A DNA stretch of 64,000 nucleotides from Eledone cirrhosa (lineage: Eukaryota). This document shows, in pieces, positions 1 through 16,492 of this stretch; positions within the stretch are counted from its first letter, which is position 1; every line of letters begins with the position of its first letter. A program made the translations under genes and the position numbers. Location: positions 122,574,001 to 122,638,000 of the forward strand of contig OZ024740.1 in NCBI GenBank assembly GCA_964016885.1, written 5' to 3'. Under the pieces are notes generated by a model. That model searched no databases. It was given only the letters and a program-made list of their open reading frames with translations, and was not told the origin of the DNA.

Positions 1-1295
1 AATTACTATTTTCAGCAGCTGCACTATAAACATCATCTGCATGTAAAAAGCAATATATTCATGTTTTGTATATTGATAAATAACATAAATTATGAATCTA
101 ATTACAATACAATTCTCGAAATGACTGAATGCTTCATGATATTTTACTTCAAATCACTTTTCCAGTTTTCCCTTCTCCTTTACGTTTGATTGACTCTTGT
201 TTTATGGATTTGGAAAATAACATTCTGATTTAATGCTTTCTTATTCCACTTCAATATCAGTTATCACAGATTATAACAGACAAAAATGTTGCCTACTACA
301 CAGAGCAAATTAAATCATAGAAACTAGTAATGAAAAATCCAGACCTAGGATCAAACATTATTGTACTACACAATAGAAATCAGATCACACCATATTTATT
401 TGTCTTGGTTTCATTTTACAAGCTACTTTAAACTTCTAGTACTATTATATAAAACTACTTGTTTTATGCATTTTTTCTATGCTAGCATGGTTTAGATAGG
501 TGTTCCCTGTTCAATTTTAGATGGGCAAATGAAGCAAATCTTGCTCATGCATTCCATATTCTAACATGATTTCTGCCCTCCTGAATGACAATTCATTTGT
601 AGAATATACTAGGACCATTTTAATCATAGCACCAACACTACACTTTTTAGGTGTATCCATATGTAAATTAAGACCTTACAATATAATTTTATGTGTGATC
701 ATTTCGTTTCGTTTTGCTCTGTACATTGGTTCAATAATGAAACAGTTAGTTATTTTATTAAATTTATAAATATTTTCAAAATTAATTGAAATTTATTGAC
801 AGTGTATTCCATTAGAAATATGGTCACAAAAATTATATTATCATCAACATCACCATTACACAGGTCTTCCATGTAGCTAATTACCAGTTGTCTTAATACT
901 CAGAGATATCCTCAGTAGTTGTTTCTCTGTTTTCTCATATAAGTACATTTTACTATCAGTGTAATGCACTTTATCCACACAACAATCATCATTCATTTTC
1001 CCTCAGATGTCTGTAGCAGCATAGGTGGTTCACATGCATAAATTGCTTACAGTATATAATGCCTCATTACTATCTCAGTCCATTTGTCAAATTACATTTC
1101 TTGTATATCCCTATTGTAACTAATCTTGTATATATAGCATTTTAAGCCCCATTTCTTTACTAATCAGCCAGAGAGCTCATTACATCTTCAGTGTACTCCT
1201 TATTTTCATGAATTACACAATATCCTGTTCCTACTTCCACCTATCTTGTATATCAAGAAATCTATATGAAGATATAGTGGTCTCAGTTACTAAAT

Positions 1296-1613
1296 TCATC
1301 ATCATCATCATCATCATCATTTTACGTCAGCTTTTCCCTGCTTGCAAGGTTGGGACGCGAACTGATTCTAGCTTGATTTCTGCAGCTGGATGCCCTTCCT
1401 AACACCAACCTCATTTACAGTGAGTGTTGGGTGCTTTTGTTGCGGGACCTACACGACCACTTTGCAGTGGAATGATAGGGACCCCAGTAAACTGGAGCAA
1501 TGTGAAATAAAGTGTCTTGCTCAAGGAAACAACACATCACCCGGTCTCAGAATTGAACTCACAACCTTTCGATTGCAAGCCCAATGCTCTAACCACTAAG
1601 CCGTGTGCCTCCA
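1296..1613 (-). mobile_element. tRNA-derived SINE with (ATG)n tail
   Basis: Minus strand reads TGGAGGCACACGGCTTAGTGGTTAGAGC (A box) ... GAGTTCAATTC (B box), body with GTTAGGAAGGGCATCCAGCTG, ending AAAATGATGATGATG. A closely similar copy lies at 36691-36975. Confidence 0.85.
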
Positions 1614-2574
1614 ATTGTACATTAATATTTATTATGTTGAAAATTACACCTTTATAATGTAGGACATATCTTTCAGGTTTGAAATATATTCTGCAGTTAT
1701 TAGATAGACAGATCATGTTACAATGCGTGGGCCCCCATTTGCTCAAAATAGTGGGAGATGGGGAAAGCAGGAGAGACAGAGGCAGTGACATTGGGAGTTT
1801 AGTTCTATTGTGTTCAGACCTTACATATATGTATATATTTATTTACCATACTACATTGATTATAGAAAACAATCATCTGTTATATAACAACTCAAGAATA
1901 TTATCATGTGAGCTCAAAGATTACAATCAATATTAGGGGCTTGTAGATAGAACCTTAATGAACATCTATTTCAATAACAATTGCCAAGTGAACAACTATG
2001 TGGTCAGTAGAACTGCTAGAAATAGCAGCAAAATCTCCTTTAATTCACACTCTACCATCTTATTGCAGGAGAAACACTTTAGACTATGCTGGATGCAATG
2101 AGAAGCAATTAAATGTGAAGTAAAGTGACAATTCTGAACATATTTTGGTCATATTAGACTGCCTTACCAAAGCACGGATAATAACAAATGTATACACGTT
2201 TTGTCTACAATGTTCTTTTTCTCAGCATGATATTCTTCAGATATGTATGTGCATTTACATATGTGCACATGTATGTGTGCATAGTTATTTTTCTGATTTT
2301 CTCAAGTGTGGTGGTTGAAAATGTATATCAATCATATTAAATCTTATTCTTCTTGAATTCCGAGACAGTGTTTTGTATTCTTAATATTTTACAAACAGTA
2401 TGTTAATGGAAATTATCATGATTTCTATATATATAGAAACTAAATTTTATTTCTAACAGCATTGGTATAATGAAATATATATGTGTGTGTGTGTGATGTG
2501 TTTATATATATACATGTATATGTGTGTGAGCATGTATATATATGTATATATAAATGTATTTATATATGTGTGTG

Positions 2575-2617
<43 letters not shown>

Positions 2618-3808
2618 CCACATACATACATTCACACAATCACAAATTGCTAATAATGTTGCAATTTCTCATATAATATGTATAATATGGAATACAAGGA
2701 AAACGAAATTCTCAAATCTGTGAGAGATAGAAAGAATATATATAATCAAAATCAAAATGAAAATCAAATGGAATCAAATCAAAATAGAACAAGAAAATAG
2801 AGCAGAAGAGCGAAACAATACAATGGAAAAGAAGCACTTGATATTAATTTAAGTAGACAGCTAAACATAATATTTACAGCTTCATATTATGTAACTTTCA
2901 TGAAAAAAATAATCCTCTATTGTATGGGCTGTCTATCTACAAAAATGTATGTGTATGTGTATTTGTGTTAGTCTGATTGCATGCGCATGTATATATTATG
3001 TTTATATGTATGTGTTTTCTGTTTGTATAATGTATATCTATATATATATATATATATATATACACACCCACGCACACATATATATATATGTATTATAATG
3101 TGGATTGATATTGATAGAATGCTAAAGGCAGAGAAACCTTCACAATCATTCCGATCTTGCTTCCTGGAGAACTTCTCAATGATAACACATGCAAGAGAAC
3201 TTGTTACAGAGTAAATCCAATATGATACGTTTTCAGGATAGCAAATACTAATAGAACATATTAAGCTAATCACTATCAAAGAAATTTAAGGATTCTAACA
3301 CTTTAACAAAGAAAAAGCTAAAAAGCTTATATTTCAGCACCTGGACAATGATGGTTTCGACCTGTGAAAACAATTCACCAATTACAAATATTAAAACTTG
3401 ATAATCAACAAATTATGCCTTGCGTACTTTTCAACAGTCCATTTTAATAAGAGCAAAATATTGGCTTTATCTGACAGTAACAGGCTATTAGGGTAGTTTG
3501 GCATGAGGAGGTTAAATTGGTCATGTGGTTGTCATGATAAAAAGCAGCCAGCACACATTGCAAATGTGGAAGAGCATCCAACTAAAAGGGTTGTCTTCAT
3601 GATGATTTCCTTAGCCCACTTCTACTCCAAGCTGTCATTCAGAGTAACTACCTGCCTAACAAGCTGTCAAAACTGCAGTTAAGACAGCTTACAAGTAACT
3701 CATGGAATCTGACATGTTTCTGATTAACTGCCCTCTAGACAGGCTGCCTTCTTTGTGGCATAGAGAGCCAATATTTCACTCCCTTTCACTTTCACACTCC
3801 CTCTCTCA

Positions 3809-5564
<1,756 letters not shown>

Positions 5565-5590
5565 TATATATATATATATATATATATAGT

Positions 5591-5673
<83 letters not shown>

Positions 5674-5730
5674 TATATATATATATATATATATAGTTAT
5701 ATATATATATATAGTTATATATATATATAT

Positions 5731-5975
5731 ATGTAAGCTATCGCCGTATTTTGACTAAAGAAATTAAAGAAATTATTTAGCCTGATAGTGGGGTTAAGAG
5801 CCCTCGGAGGAAAACGATGACCATGTACGTCAATACTCATCTTTTTCCATTTCTCCGAGGGTTCTTAACCCCACTATCAGGCTAAATAATTTCTTTAATT
5901 TCTTTAGTCAAAATACGGCAATAGCTTACATTTCTAATAATTTCAAACCAACTCGCTGTTTTGAAAATATCCTTG

Positions 5976-5978
<3 letters not shown>
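5731..5978. mobile_element. Fold-back element 2 in (TA)n, no recognisable hammerhead
   Basis: 5731-5809 pairs with 5853-5931 (79-bp arms). The loop itself folds (GGAAAACGATGA/TCATCTTTTTCC), a 47-bp unpaired tail follows, and (TA)n lies on both sides. Confidence 0.7.
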
Positions 5979-6009
<31 letters not shown>

Positions 6010-7751
6010 CTAGAGAAGATGGGAGACTTCATTTTTCCATTGTTTTTTTGTTGTCTTTGTCCTGTGTGCCCCCTATTTTAAACCATATGCTTCCTTCTAC
6101 TATGGTGGAATGTCTTTCTCTCCCTCCTATGAGCCAACAGTATTTGCATCACTCTCTTAATGTACTGCTTAGTCTCAAAGAATGGCAGTCCATATTGCCT
6201 AGACAGGCATGGAGAGACAGACACATTCCATAAAATATATTGGTTTGGGTTGTGTAAGGGTATCAAATGCATGGGACCACCTCTCTGAGCATCCCCCTCC
6301 CATCTCTCTTCTTGCTTATGTGCTTGCATATACTACATATGCACGCTATCTCTCTCTCTCTCTCACACACACACATATATATATACATATATGTGTGGGT
6401 GTGTGTATGTTGTCATGTGAGGGGCCCACCCAGATCTAAAGCTGTACTTGTGTGTATTTGTGTGCCTCTATTTGGATGTGTTTGTGTATGCACATACTTG
6501 TAGAAATAAAATTCTAAGCCAGGTAGGTATAAGGCAAGAAGGAAATTCATAACACCATGTTATTACTGCACAAGGATAACTTTTTGGCTGGTGTTATTTA
6601 AATAATTTAGTGTGCTCAGTTTAGCATTGGAGATAAGGAAGAAATGTAAGCTGAATTTCATTTTATGACATTCAATTTGATCCTCCCCGCTAAATTTGAA
6701 ATACTACAGAAATTAAATTGTTGTTGATCTCCTTGCTCTATTAAATGAGTACTAGTAATACGTATTGCATCTAACATTTCAATATATAGGGTACCTTGAA
6801 CATCTAACCTTCTATCAAATGCATTTAACAACATAATTTTTATTTAAAATGTAGTAGTTGTTTTTGTTGTCTATACATGTATTGCAACTGATAAATTGAC
6901 TGATAATTGATAAAATTTAATTAAATTTAATAATGAATGCCTACAGGGATTCTTTTATAAGTTTTAGAGGCATCCTGTGTATCCCTATTTTCATTTTGAA
7001 TTTTAATATGAATTTCTTTCATATTTAATGCTTGATTAATAATAATTAAACCAAAATATTATTTGATTACAAAAATAATGTGATGATGATCTACAGACTT
7101 TTATCCAAGTAATTGTGGAAATGTTAGGTTGTTAAAGACTCAGAAAATATATACATTAGCATAATGCCTCAAATTTGTGGAGAAAATATTCGATTAAAAT
7201 GAATGCTGTATTTCACTTATTTTTATGTTTTTATCAACCCAGAATATTGAAAGGCAAAGTTGATCTTGGCAAGGATTGAACTCATTTACATTCTCCACTT
7301 AGGTTTTTTAAGATATAATCATCTGAGATATCTTATGATTTTTAAATTAATACCAATTAGTATTGATAACATTTTTCGAGAGTCTCTGAAATAGTTGGAG
7401 TGAAAAAAGAACAATAAATTAATTCTATCACTCAAATAAGAGCCAGTAAAGTAGATGCCATTTAGCCTGTTAATGTAATAATTCAGATTTGATTGTAGGA
7501 TTAATCTTTTAAAACATTATACTGAAAACTTTAATAGCTTTTTGACCATGGAACACCACTCATTTAGTCTCCCCCCCCCCCTCTCTGTGTCAATGATTTT
7601 TTGCAGTCATTTGTTTGCAATTGTACAAGAGAAACATTAACCACATCAATTTTTCTAGTCTCAGAGGTTTGCAAAATCTGTGGACATAGCACCTTCCTAC
7701 AGATCAAACAGTAATTGAAAAACAAAAGTAAATGTCCCTCTCCTTTCACTA

Positions 7752-8033
7752 AGTATCTAAAGTCTAAAATCTGTCTCAAGCCCAGAGGCTCATAAAGTCG
7801 ATTTTTGTCCTGGTTTGTGTGAGAGTATAATATTTCCCACTGCACATGACACCAATCCATTGCAGTGTTGACCTTGCATCTATTGCTGGTACTCATTTTC
7901 AGCTGAGTATACTGGGGCAACGTGTAATGAAGTGCTTTTTTGTAAAGAACATAACACACAACCCAGTCCAGGAATCAAACCTACAATATTATGAATGTAA
8001 GTCCAACACCCTTACCACAATGCTACATGCTTC
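7752..8033 (-). mobile_element. tRNA-derived SINE, same family as 43575-43830
   Basis: Reverse complement shows a tRNA-like head, CACTTCATTACACGTTGCCCCAGTATACTCAGCTGAAAATGAGTACCAGC core and GAGCCTCTGGGCTTGAGACAGATTTTAGACTTT tail. Confidence 0.75.
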
Positions 8034-9129
8034 TAAAATGCTGAGTATCAACTGCTCTAAATCTTTTCAGTTATCCTGACCACAACTAATGGGCTGAAAA
8101 ACGTATTAGGCAATAATTCACCTTGGAATTGAAAAAGTAAATGTTAAATGTAATATAATGGGTAAATTGTATTTTAAGTCTCACATTTTAGATAAAAGAA
8201 TGGCAAAGTTGAATGTTGGATATGTTGGATGTCTTATACATTGCTTGTATAGATAACAAGACATATAAGGTGCTCCTAATTGGTTTATTGGCTACTTTTA
8301 TACATTATGTCTCTAGAAATCTACAAATAGAGATGATTAGAGATTCTAATAATATCAATAATAATTTATTTGATAATGAAAGTAAGAACTGGATAATTAG
8401 ATGGTCTCCATGGTTAGAAATCAAGAAAACATATTGCAGTCTTATCGTCTTGCAGTTTACTTTGTTTATAAGACATGTTACATAGCATCTGGCCTTTTCT
8501 TATATATATATTTTTTCTAATTATGATAATCTCTTGCACTGATTATTCCAGTATACTAACTATAACTAGATCACATTTTGCCAGAATAACTTGCCATTCC
8601 AAAAGAATACATTGCAATTACCTGAATGAAAATATTGCAATTGAAACCTAATTTGCAGTAGCAGGAAAAAGTATGACTCACAGAAATTCCATTGTAGCTT
8701 TAAAGCAACGGCCATGTAAATACATATGTAATTAACTGCTTGAACAAATAATTGTGTTGTGGGTGTTCTTTAGCAAAATAATATTGAAAATGAAGAATAT
8801 AATAAAAAAGAGAACAAGGAGGAAAAGTAGCAAGTATAAATATACAGACGGAAGAATTATCAAAGAAACATGGAAACTGTAGATATGGAAGTGTAAAAAT
8901 ATGGAGGTACAGAATGAGCAAGAAAAGATGCAATAAATTGAAAAAGAAATATTAGAGGTGAGGGAGTAAAAACAGGAAAGGTTGGGGGAGAGAAAACATA
9001 CAAAGAACAAGAGGAGGTAAATGTCAAGAAGACAAAGAAAAGTAATTCAAAACAGCTGAAGAAATAGCTGCAAATTTAATGCTAATGAAATCAATAGAAG
9101 AACAATCTTAGATAATTATATATGATCAA

Positions 9130-9360
9130 TAAGATCCCATACAAAGTGTTACCAAGTCGGGTGGAACTCATCGAATCAGACCAAGGAAATAATGTTTCAT
9201 TGGTCTTTCCATTGCTGATACTATCTACCGGTCACAAGTGCTGGCAGAATGAACAACACGAAATAAAGTGTCTTGCTCCAAGGTATAATTCATCGTCCGT
9301 TCAGGAAATCAAACTTGCAACCTCATGATTGTGAACCAATTCTCTAACCAATAAGCCATG
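9130..9360 (-). mobile_element. Degenerate tRNA-derived SINE
   Basis: GAAATAAAGTGTCTTGCTC and CTAACCAATAAGCCATG match the SINE head seen at 1500-1613. Confidence 0.6.
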
Positions 9361-12300
9361 ATTATATATTATAAAATAATATATAGTAAACACAGGTATG
9401 GTAAAGTGATTGAAAAGTTTGCTTCATAATAATGATGTCCTGGGTTTAATCCCATGTCATACCCTTGTGAGCAAGTGTTTTTTAACAACACCTCAACTCA
9501 ACCCAAAGCTTATGAGTAAAATTGGAAACATTTTTTAAAGACCTTTGGATAGTAGGTCAATGGTTCATCCATGTTATATACTATTGTACTGATTCTTTCT
9601 GAGTATGTTAAAGGTATTCATGTTTATGGAATACTAAGCTATGTTCACGAATGTTTATCCTTATAACTAACAGAAGATTAATCATAATCCTCACAATAAT
9701 ATATATTGCAATATAATTAAATGTAATATGTAAATAATATAAATGCAAGGAATAATGCACATGAAACCTCAATTTAATATCATTTCATCGTAGTCATCAT
9801 CATCCTCATCATCATTATTTAATATCAGATTACCCTGCTGACAAAGATCGACCAGTTGACACAGACCAAGACATTACTCAAGTGGAACAACTGGCTTCTT
9901 AGATGGGTCAAAGGTCTCCATTTTACTTACATTCCCACATTCGACAGGTTAACCAGGGCTTTGCATTTGACTTACAAACATTCTGGTATTCTACCAAATG
10001 CATTATATCAAGGCACCAGCATTATGGAGGTTGTTATGTTTTTAACACAGCTGAAGAGTTCTCTCAGTTCTTTGTTTGGCAGATTTTCTATGGTTGTATA
10101 CTCTTCCTACAATGAAACATGTTACAAAGTCAACAGGATGTGGTTATCGTGTAAATCACTAACACTAGAGAAGTTGTTATATCTTAGACACAGCTGAAGA
10201 GTTTTCCTGATCATTTACTTGGCAAGTTTTCTATGGGAAGATTCCCTTCCTATTAACTAGATCATTCCTATCACCTGGCTACATTTATCATGTAAATCAT
10301 CAAAACTATGTATGTGTTATAGGTTATTTGTGTGTCGGTGCACTCTTATACACTTGGTCACATTGATTAGGAAAAAGAAAACAAGATGAAACCAAGTACA
10401 CTCTGTAAAATGGTTAGCATGTAAGAAGAGACTATGTACAATGCAATGTGTAATAAAATGCATCCAGCACACTCTGTTAAGGGGTTAGTGTTAGGAAATG
10501 CATCTGGCCTAAGGGACTATGTCAAAATGAGAGTATTTGAGCAAGATGTATTCTTCAGCTCATCTAGGAAGTATTAGCCGTAAATAAGATCTGAAACATT
10601 CCAAAATTCACACAACTACACACATACACACACAAATTCACAACAGAACAGAATATGTATCTAATGTTGAGGAAAAGTAACTGAAATCCATCTTGAGATA
10701 AATTGAAAATATAACATAATTATATTTCAAATTATGTAAGGACTTAAATGTGAAAAATAACACCAATAATACAATAGAAATTGAATTGGAATGAGTGCTA
10801 GAAATTTCAATCAAATCAACAGTATATTCAAGCAGAAAATTGATGTGATATCTCACACCTTTTCATTCTAATATGTATCAATATTATGGGTTTGACGTTT
10901 AATAATACTGAAATATATTCTTGTGTTTGGAAATATGTAAATGCAACACATAATGAGAAAGATAGATATAATGATATTTTGTTTTCAAGACAAAATACTG
11001 TATATACGTGTGTATAATTTAAAACTTATTCCACAAATATATGACATGAAAAACCAACATGAAAATTATTTATTAGACCTACAAAATCGCAGTTCAAAAT
11101 GTATAATACATTGCACAAATGTTATATTAAATGGAGATGCAACTTATATTTGAATATATTCCGTACATTAATTCATAGCCTTTCACAATGTCAATTCATT
11201 AAACTAAGAAGAATGAAACAGTTTCTCAACATGATGCATATGATAGCAATGTTTCTTGGAATATTTTCTCTAGTACGCAAATCAATAACGAAGAGGGACA
11301 AACTGATAAGTAACAACTGACGAAGTTGCCCTCTCAGTTGGTACATGACCGTGTATCAATTTCTCACCCGAGAATTCTGATTGATTCCTTTCCCCAGTGA
11401 GCTGAAAATGTTGTGATCTACCCAAAGCCATTGATTTTCAGCTTAGTTACTCACACGATGTGATTTACTTTTCTCCCAACAAATACTTTCAAAACCATAA
11501 ATATATTTCATTAAATCAAAAACGATCAATCTATTTGATAATATGTAGTTCAGTACTGAAATATCTAGAGACTCTTGTCCAAATTTGATCCTTGTCTAGA
11601 AACCAGAAATATGGACCCTTATTGAAACAAAAACTCATATCCTTTCTTTTCCACTTTTCTCCCACAAGGTGCTTAAACATTTGCAGAATTATCCAAAATT
11701 GTTATCCTCAACAAACTATTTAACTATTCTAACATCAGTACCCCAACATATTTAGCCTAGCAGTATTATTTGAAATAGAAATGTTGCAGATGGGCAGTTT
11801 AAATTCGATGCTTTATTCTATTCAGTTTACAGCCTCATATTTCTAAATTCAAACCCACTAGCATTGCAGACATAACAATGTAGTTAAGAAGTTTGCTTTG
11901 CAATCCTGTAATTATAGGTTAGTCTTTACTATGTAACACCTTTCACCTGTATCTTTTATCATAGCCTGAGGTTAAACTGGACTTTTTGAATTAATGCGTT
12001 AGACAAAAACTCGGCAGAATCTTGTGGGGTTGACTAGATAATTTATTGTGTAGGAGATGTAATTTCTAAGAATTACGTTAAGGATAACAGGACTTCTGAA
12101 TGTTTACCATTTGGATATTAATTTTAGGAGCAGGCTGTTCTGTTGATCAAAACAATTTTGTACATTATCATGGGAAAGATTATATCTTCTTGTGCTGCAA
12201 TAACAAAAATGGTTTTGGTTTTAGTATATATGTATGGACGCATAATTCCTAAGGAATTCGCAGGGGCACCAAATTGATATACAGCATTTCTAAGGTATTT

Positions 12301-15300
12301 TTAAACCTGGCAGAGCCCCATAATTTCCAGGTCTGAATAGAGCAGATTCTTTCCAGAGAAGAAAAGAGAATGAGAGAAAGGAACTGAGAAATATATATAC
12401 AGGAAGAATTGACCCCAGTAATATGGTGGTGCCTTTTATCAACCTTGAATGGCTAAAAGCCAAAGTAGTTTAGTCTTAGTATAGATAGAGAAAGATAGAA
12501 CTGAAAGCTGAGTTTTACTTTATTCACTTCAGCAGGTATTGACCATACAGATGATTTTCTTGCAAACAGTGTGTAATTGTAGTTTTAGTTCAGTTTTTAG
12601 CTGTTTTATTTTAGCAATTTTCTCATATTTCTATTTCCTCCTCACCATTTTCTGTTTCTTCAGACTCTGTATTATATTTGTTGGCTTCTGAAAAGACAGA
12701 AAACAGGGGTTTATCTTTTTGTGTTTTTCATATTTTGTAGCTATTTTTATTAGTTTTCCTATATTCTTTACTAGATGTTTGTGTAGTTTACAGTAGATAT
12801 TATATAATAATCTTTTGATTGCAATTATTCCTACCTTCCTATATTCAAATTAAATATGATATTTCTATGTCATCATTTAGTGGTCTATTCTATATATAGA
12901 CATAGCTATAATTTCTAGGTTTACTCATTCAGTACGTGTTCATTTGAGAACATCTATGATATTAATTTCTTTTGTGTATGTGTATTATACTCTATTTCAT
13001 TAATTCTAAAATACTGGATATGTGTATTTAGTTTAATTCTCTTATTTGTTTATTTTTCTTTATTATTTTACATGATATTAGTAATCTTTTTAAAATTAAT
13101 TATTTGTTCTCTTCCAGGTTGTTCTGACATATTTCTCTACTTAAAATGTCATATCAATCCCTATACCAAACCCATATATTTTATGTAACAATGTCTCCAG
13201 TTACTTATCATTGTTACTCTAAAAGTGATGGCCTGGCAGAAATATTTCAGAATCAGATAAAGTAGTTTGCAGTATTTATTTTAGCTCTTTAAATTCTAAA
13301 TTTAATTACATGTGGAGTCAGTTTTTGGCCTTATTCCCTTTGATATTAATAAATTCAAATAATAGTGAAGTATTGTGTTTTTTTATAATAAACATTTTCC
13401 GCTCACTAAAGCACTAGCCTTGTGCATATTCTTAAATTCATTATCATGTTCCTGTCTGTCTCCTTGATTTCATTTTCATAAAGGATACTCCTTTGCCTAA
13501 AAGTACATGCTTATGTATTTCAACTGAATATTTGTAGTGTTATTCTTTTGAGATCCTACTTAAATTATAGGCAATAGTAGTTGTTAGTATCATGTATGTA
13601 CCATATCATTGTTTTCCCTATTTTAAAATATTTTAAGAAACTTACACTTTCATTGATTGACACATTTACAATTGAAGCCACGTATTATATCAATTTCCAT
13701 ACTGAATTGGCATTCTGGAGCTTTTATAGCATTATCTGATTGATTGGCTGGTATCTCCCAATCCTTTTGCAGAATTAAACCCTTAAGTAGAGACACTATC
13801 TTTTCCTAAACATCTCTTAGACTTGTCTTCATGGGATTTGTAGTTTGATTGAATATGGTAATTCTGAAGGTTTTTTCCCAAAAAGATTAACTTGCTGTCT
13901 CACTGTTTATATAATCTTACTGTAGATATATAATCCACCTTGTTAAGATGCAGCCAGTTAGTGAGTATATACTCAGATGTTTCATTAAACAACCTACTTT
14001 TACAACATAATTGTTCTATTTAATTTCATTGTTTGTTTGTCAAATATGTTTACCTCATATATTGCCATTTCTGGTTATTTACCCTTTTTTACAATACTAT
14101 AGATCCTATCCTTCAGTTTCAATTTTTCTAGCTGGTGCTGGCTAGCTGCAAGTGATGATTTTCTTGTCTAAATCTTAATTGATATGTAATGTGCAGAGAG
14201 TTATGTTTGTAATTTCTTGTTTTTAATTTATTTTCTTCCTTATTCAATAAAGGAAAGGCAATAACAATGACTCTTTATTTTTCAGGACATCTGAAACCTG
14301 TATGAGGAAGCAGTCCATAATTAGGAGGTCTGGCTCAAATGCATGCATCAGAGGGGAATCCACAAAACACCCTAAAGGGTAGGTTTAAATCTCACAACAG
14401 ATCGATGCTACCATTCAGATCTCAGAGCAAAAAGAGCTGGAACAAATACTACAATACATCTCCAATGTTCTAACAATACCCCTAATCCATTTGGACAGAT
14501 AATTTATTTTATTGACTTCAAAAGAAAAGTAGAGGGAATCTGATGCTGGTGTGATTTAAGGAAAGTGCACAGTGATCCACAACAAATACCATAATGCATT
14601 TCATTCTACACTCTAGTGTTAATTCACTGTCTTACTCTTCTAATGAAGGATATTGCCTGTACTGTCAGACTTCTCCTCTTCCTCATGAAAAAATAACTGT
14701 TGTTTTTTTTCATTTGAGTGGACTGCAGTAACCTGGTGTTATACTCAAGGACACAATCTGATGCTCAGTCAGAGAACCAAATTCATGACATGATGGTAAT
14801 GAAACAAACACTCTAACCAATAGGTTGTATATTTTCACTGCTTGTATTGACTATTTGCCAAAGCTCACCATCACTAGTTTCTTAGAATTTTAATATGTCA
14901 CTTTAAATTTTTGTTACTACATTTCTAACAAAAAACATTGTCTATGATTTTGAAATAATCTTGAAAATAATCACGATGGGTTTAGTGATATAACTTACTT
15001 TTTCATTTTAAAGTTGTTGTTGGGAATATAACTCATCAAATTTTCTTACATAAAACTATGATGAAAGGTTTTATATAAATGTTGTATTAGTATGGAGATG
15101 AGATGTTAAAAAGACAGTTTTGTGTTTGAAACCAGGGGCAGTTACACATGATTTTCCTAATGAACAGTTATTTCCACATAATGTTTCCTCTAATTGTTTG
15201 TAGGTTTTTGATTTCTGTTGCTATATTTACTGCACCCAGTACAAGCTGTAAAGTGCCTAATGATATGAAGGACATCGAGCTGTAGACATTATGTCAAAAA

Positions 15301-15798
15301 AGAGTTGAGAGAACCTTTCAGTTGTGTCAAGAGCACTACAACCGCTCTAGTTTGGTTACACAATGAAATGCACCCAGTACACTCTGCAATGTTGTAGTTG
15401 ATATAAAGGTCATTCAGCCATAGAAAACGTGCCAGACAAAGGGTTTCAAGGATTCCTCAGGCTTGTCATTGACTTGTCAACCACCCTAATGTTAGTGCTA
15501 TGATAAAATGCAGGGGGTTTGCTATAGAGTACAGAGAGGTATGTAAGCAACACATAGTTACAGGTCTATCTATGAGTTCAGAGTCTCTGGTTTAGTACTG
15601 ACAGCCTATTTAACCCTTGCTAGCAGGTAAAACAGATGTTACATGATGTTGAGGAGGATGATATACAATTTATAACCCTTTTGTTATTGTTATCTCTACT
15701 GAAGTACCACCATTGTTTCATAGATGAAGTACTGTTTTTAATATTTGTTATTTAATATCTTTTGATCAATAAAAAAAATCACCATTATTGTTGCAGCA

Positions 15799-15855
15799 AT
15801 AGTAGTAGTAGTAGTAGTAGTGGTAGCAGAAACACCAGCAGCAGCTTTACTACTA

Positions 15856-15926
<71 letters not shown>

Positions 15927-15975
15927 CACCACTGCCATCAACAGGAGCAGAAGCATCAACAGCAGCAGCAACAAC
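15799..15975. repeat. Compound trinucleotide microsatellite (AGT/CTA/CTG/CAG)
   Basis: Direct reading; it explains the poly-S/T/A/L/Q ORFs in the track. Confidence 0.9.
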
Positions 15976-16391
15976 AGTTTCAATTGCAGGAATAAGCTGA
16001 TAAAGGACAAGACTATTCCAGGCTACCAAGTGTTTGTTAATCTAAACTATATCGTCACTCAATCACTGATTTATCATTCAAATTTATCATTCTGTGATTT
16101 ATCATTCATATTATCATTCAACAGCTCATGTTTATAAGCTCCAATCATGTTAGAATCAACATTGACTTTGTCTGTCCAGTTTGGTAAAGTAAATCTTTAG
16201 AAAATGTCAGAAAGGTATAAATCAATTATGCCTTAACCAAGTGCAACATTGCCTTGTACACAATGAAAAAAAAAAATTATTATTGTTATTATTGTTATTA
16301 AAATAATGGTTATTAATATTATTATCATAGAAGAAAACTTTAGAAGAAAATGAAGTAAATTTTAAGTGCATCAATGAAAAATGTGATATCA

Positions 16392-16492
16392 TGGAGGAGG
16401 GGGGATGGGAGGAGGGGGGAGATGGTGATGATTATGATGATGATGAGGAGGAGGTGGAGGAGGAGGAGAAGAAGAAGAAGAAGAAGAAGAAG
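16392..16492. repeat. (GGA/GAT/GAA)n simple repeat
   Basis: Direct reading. Confidence 0.9.

Noticed and set aside
3140-3362. Possible minus-strand host exon with acceptor TTTTCACAG
   Set aside because: Weak donor, stops in the frames checked and no recognisable protein; it cannot be supported without transcripts.
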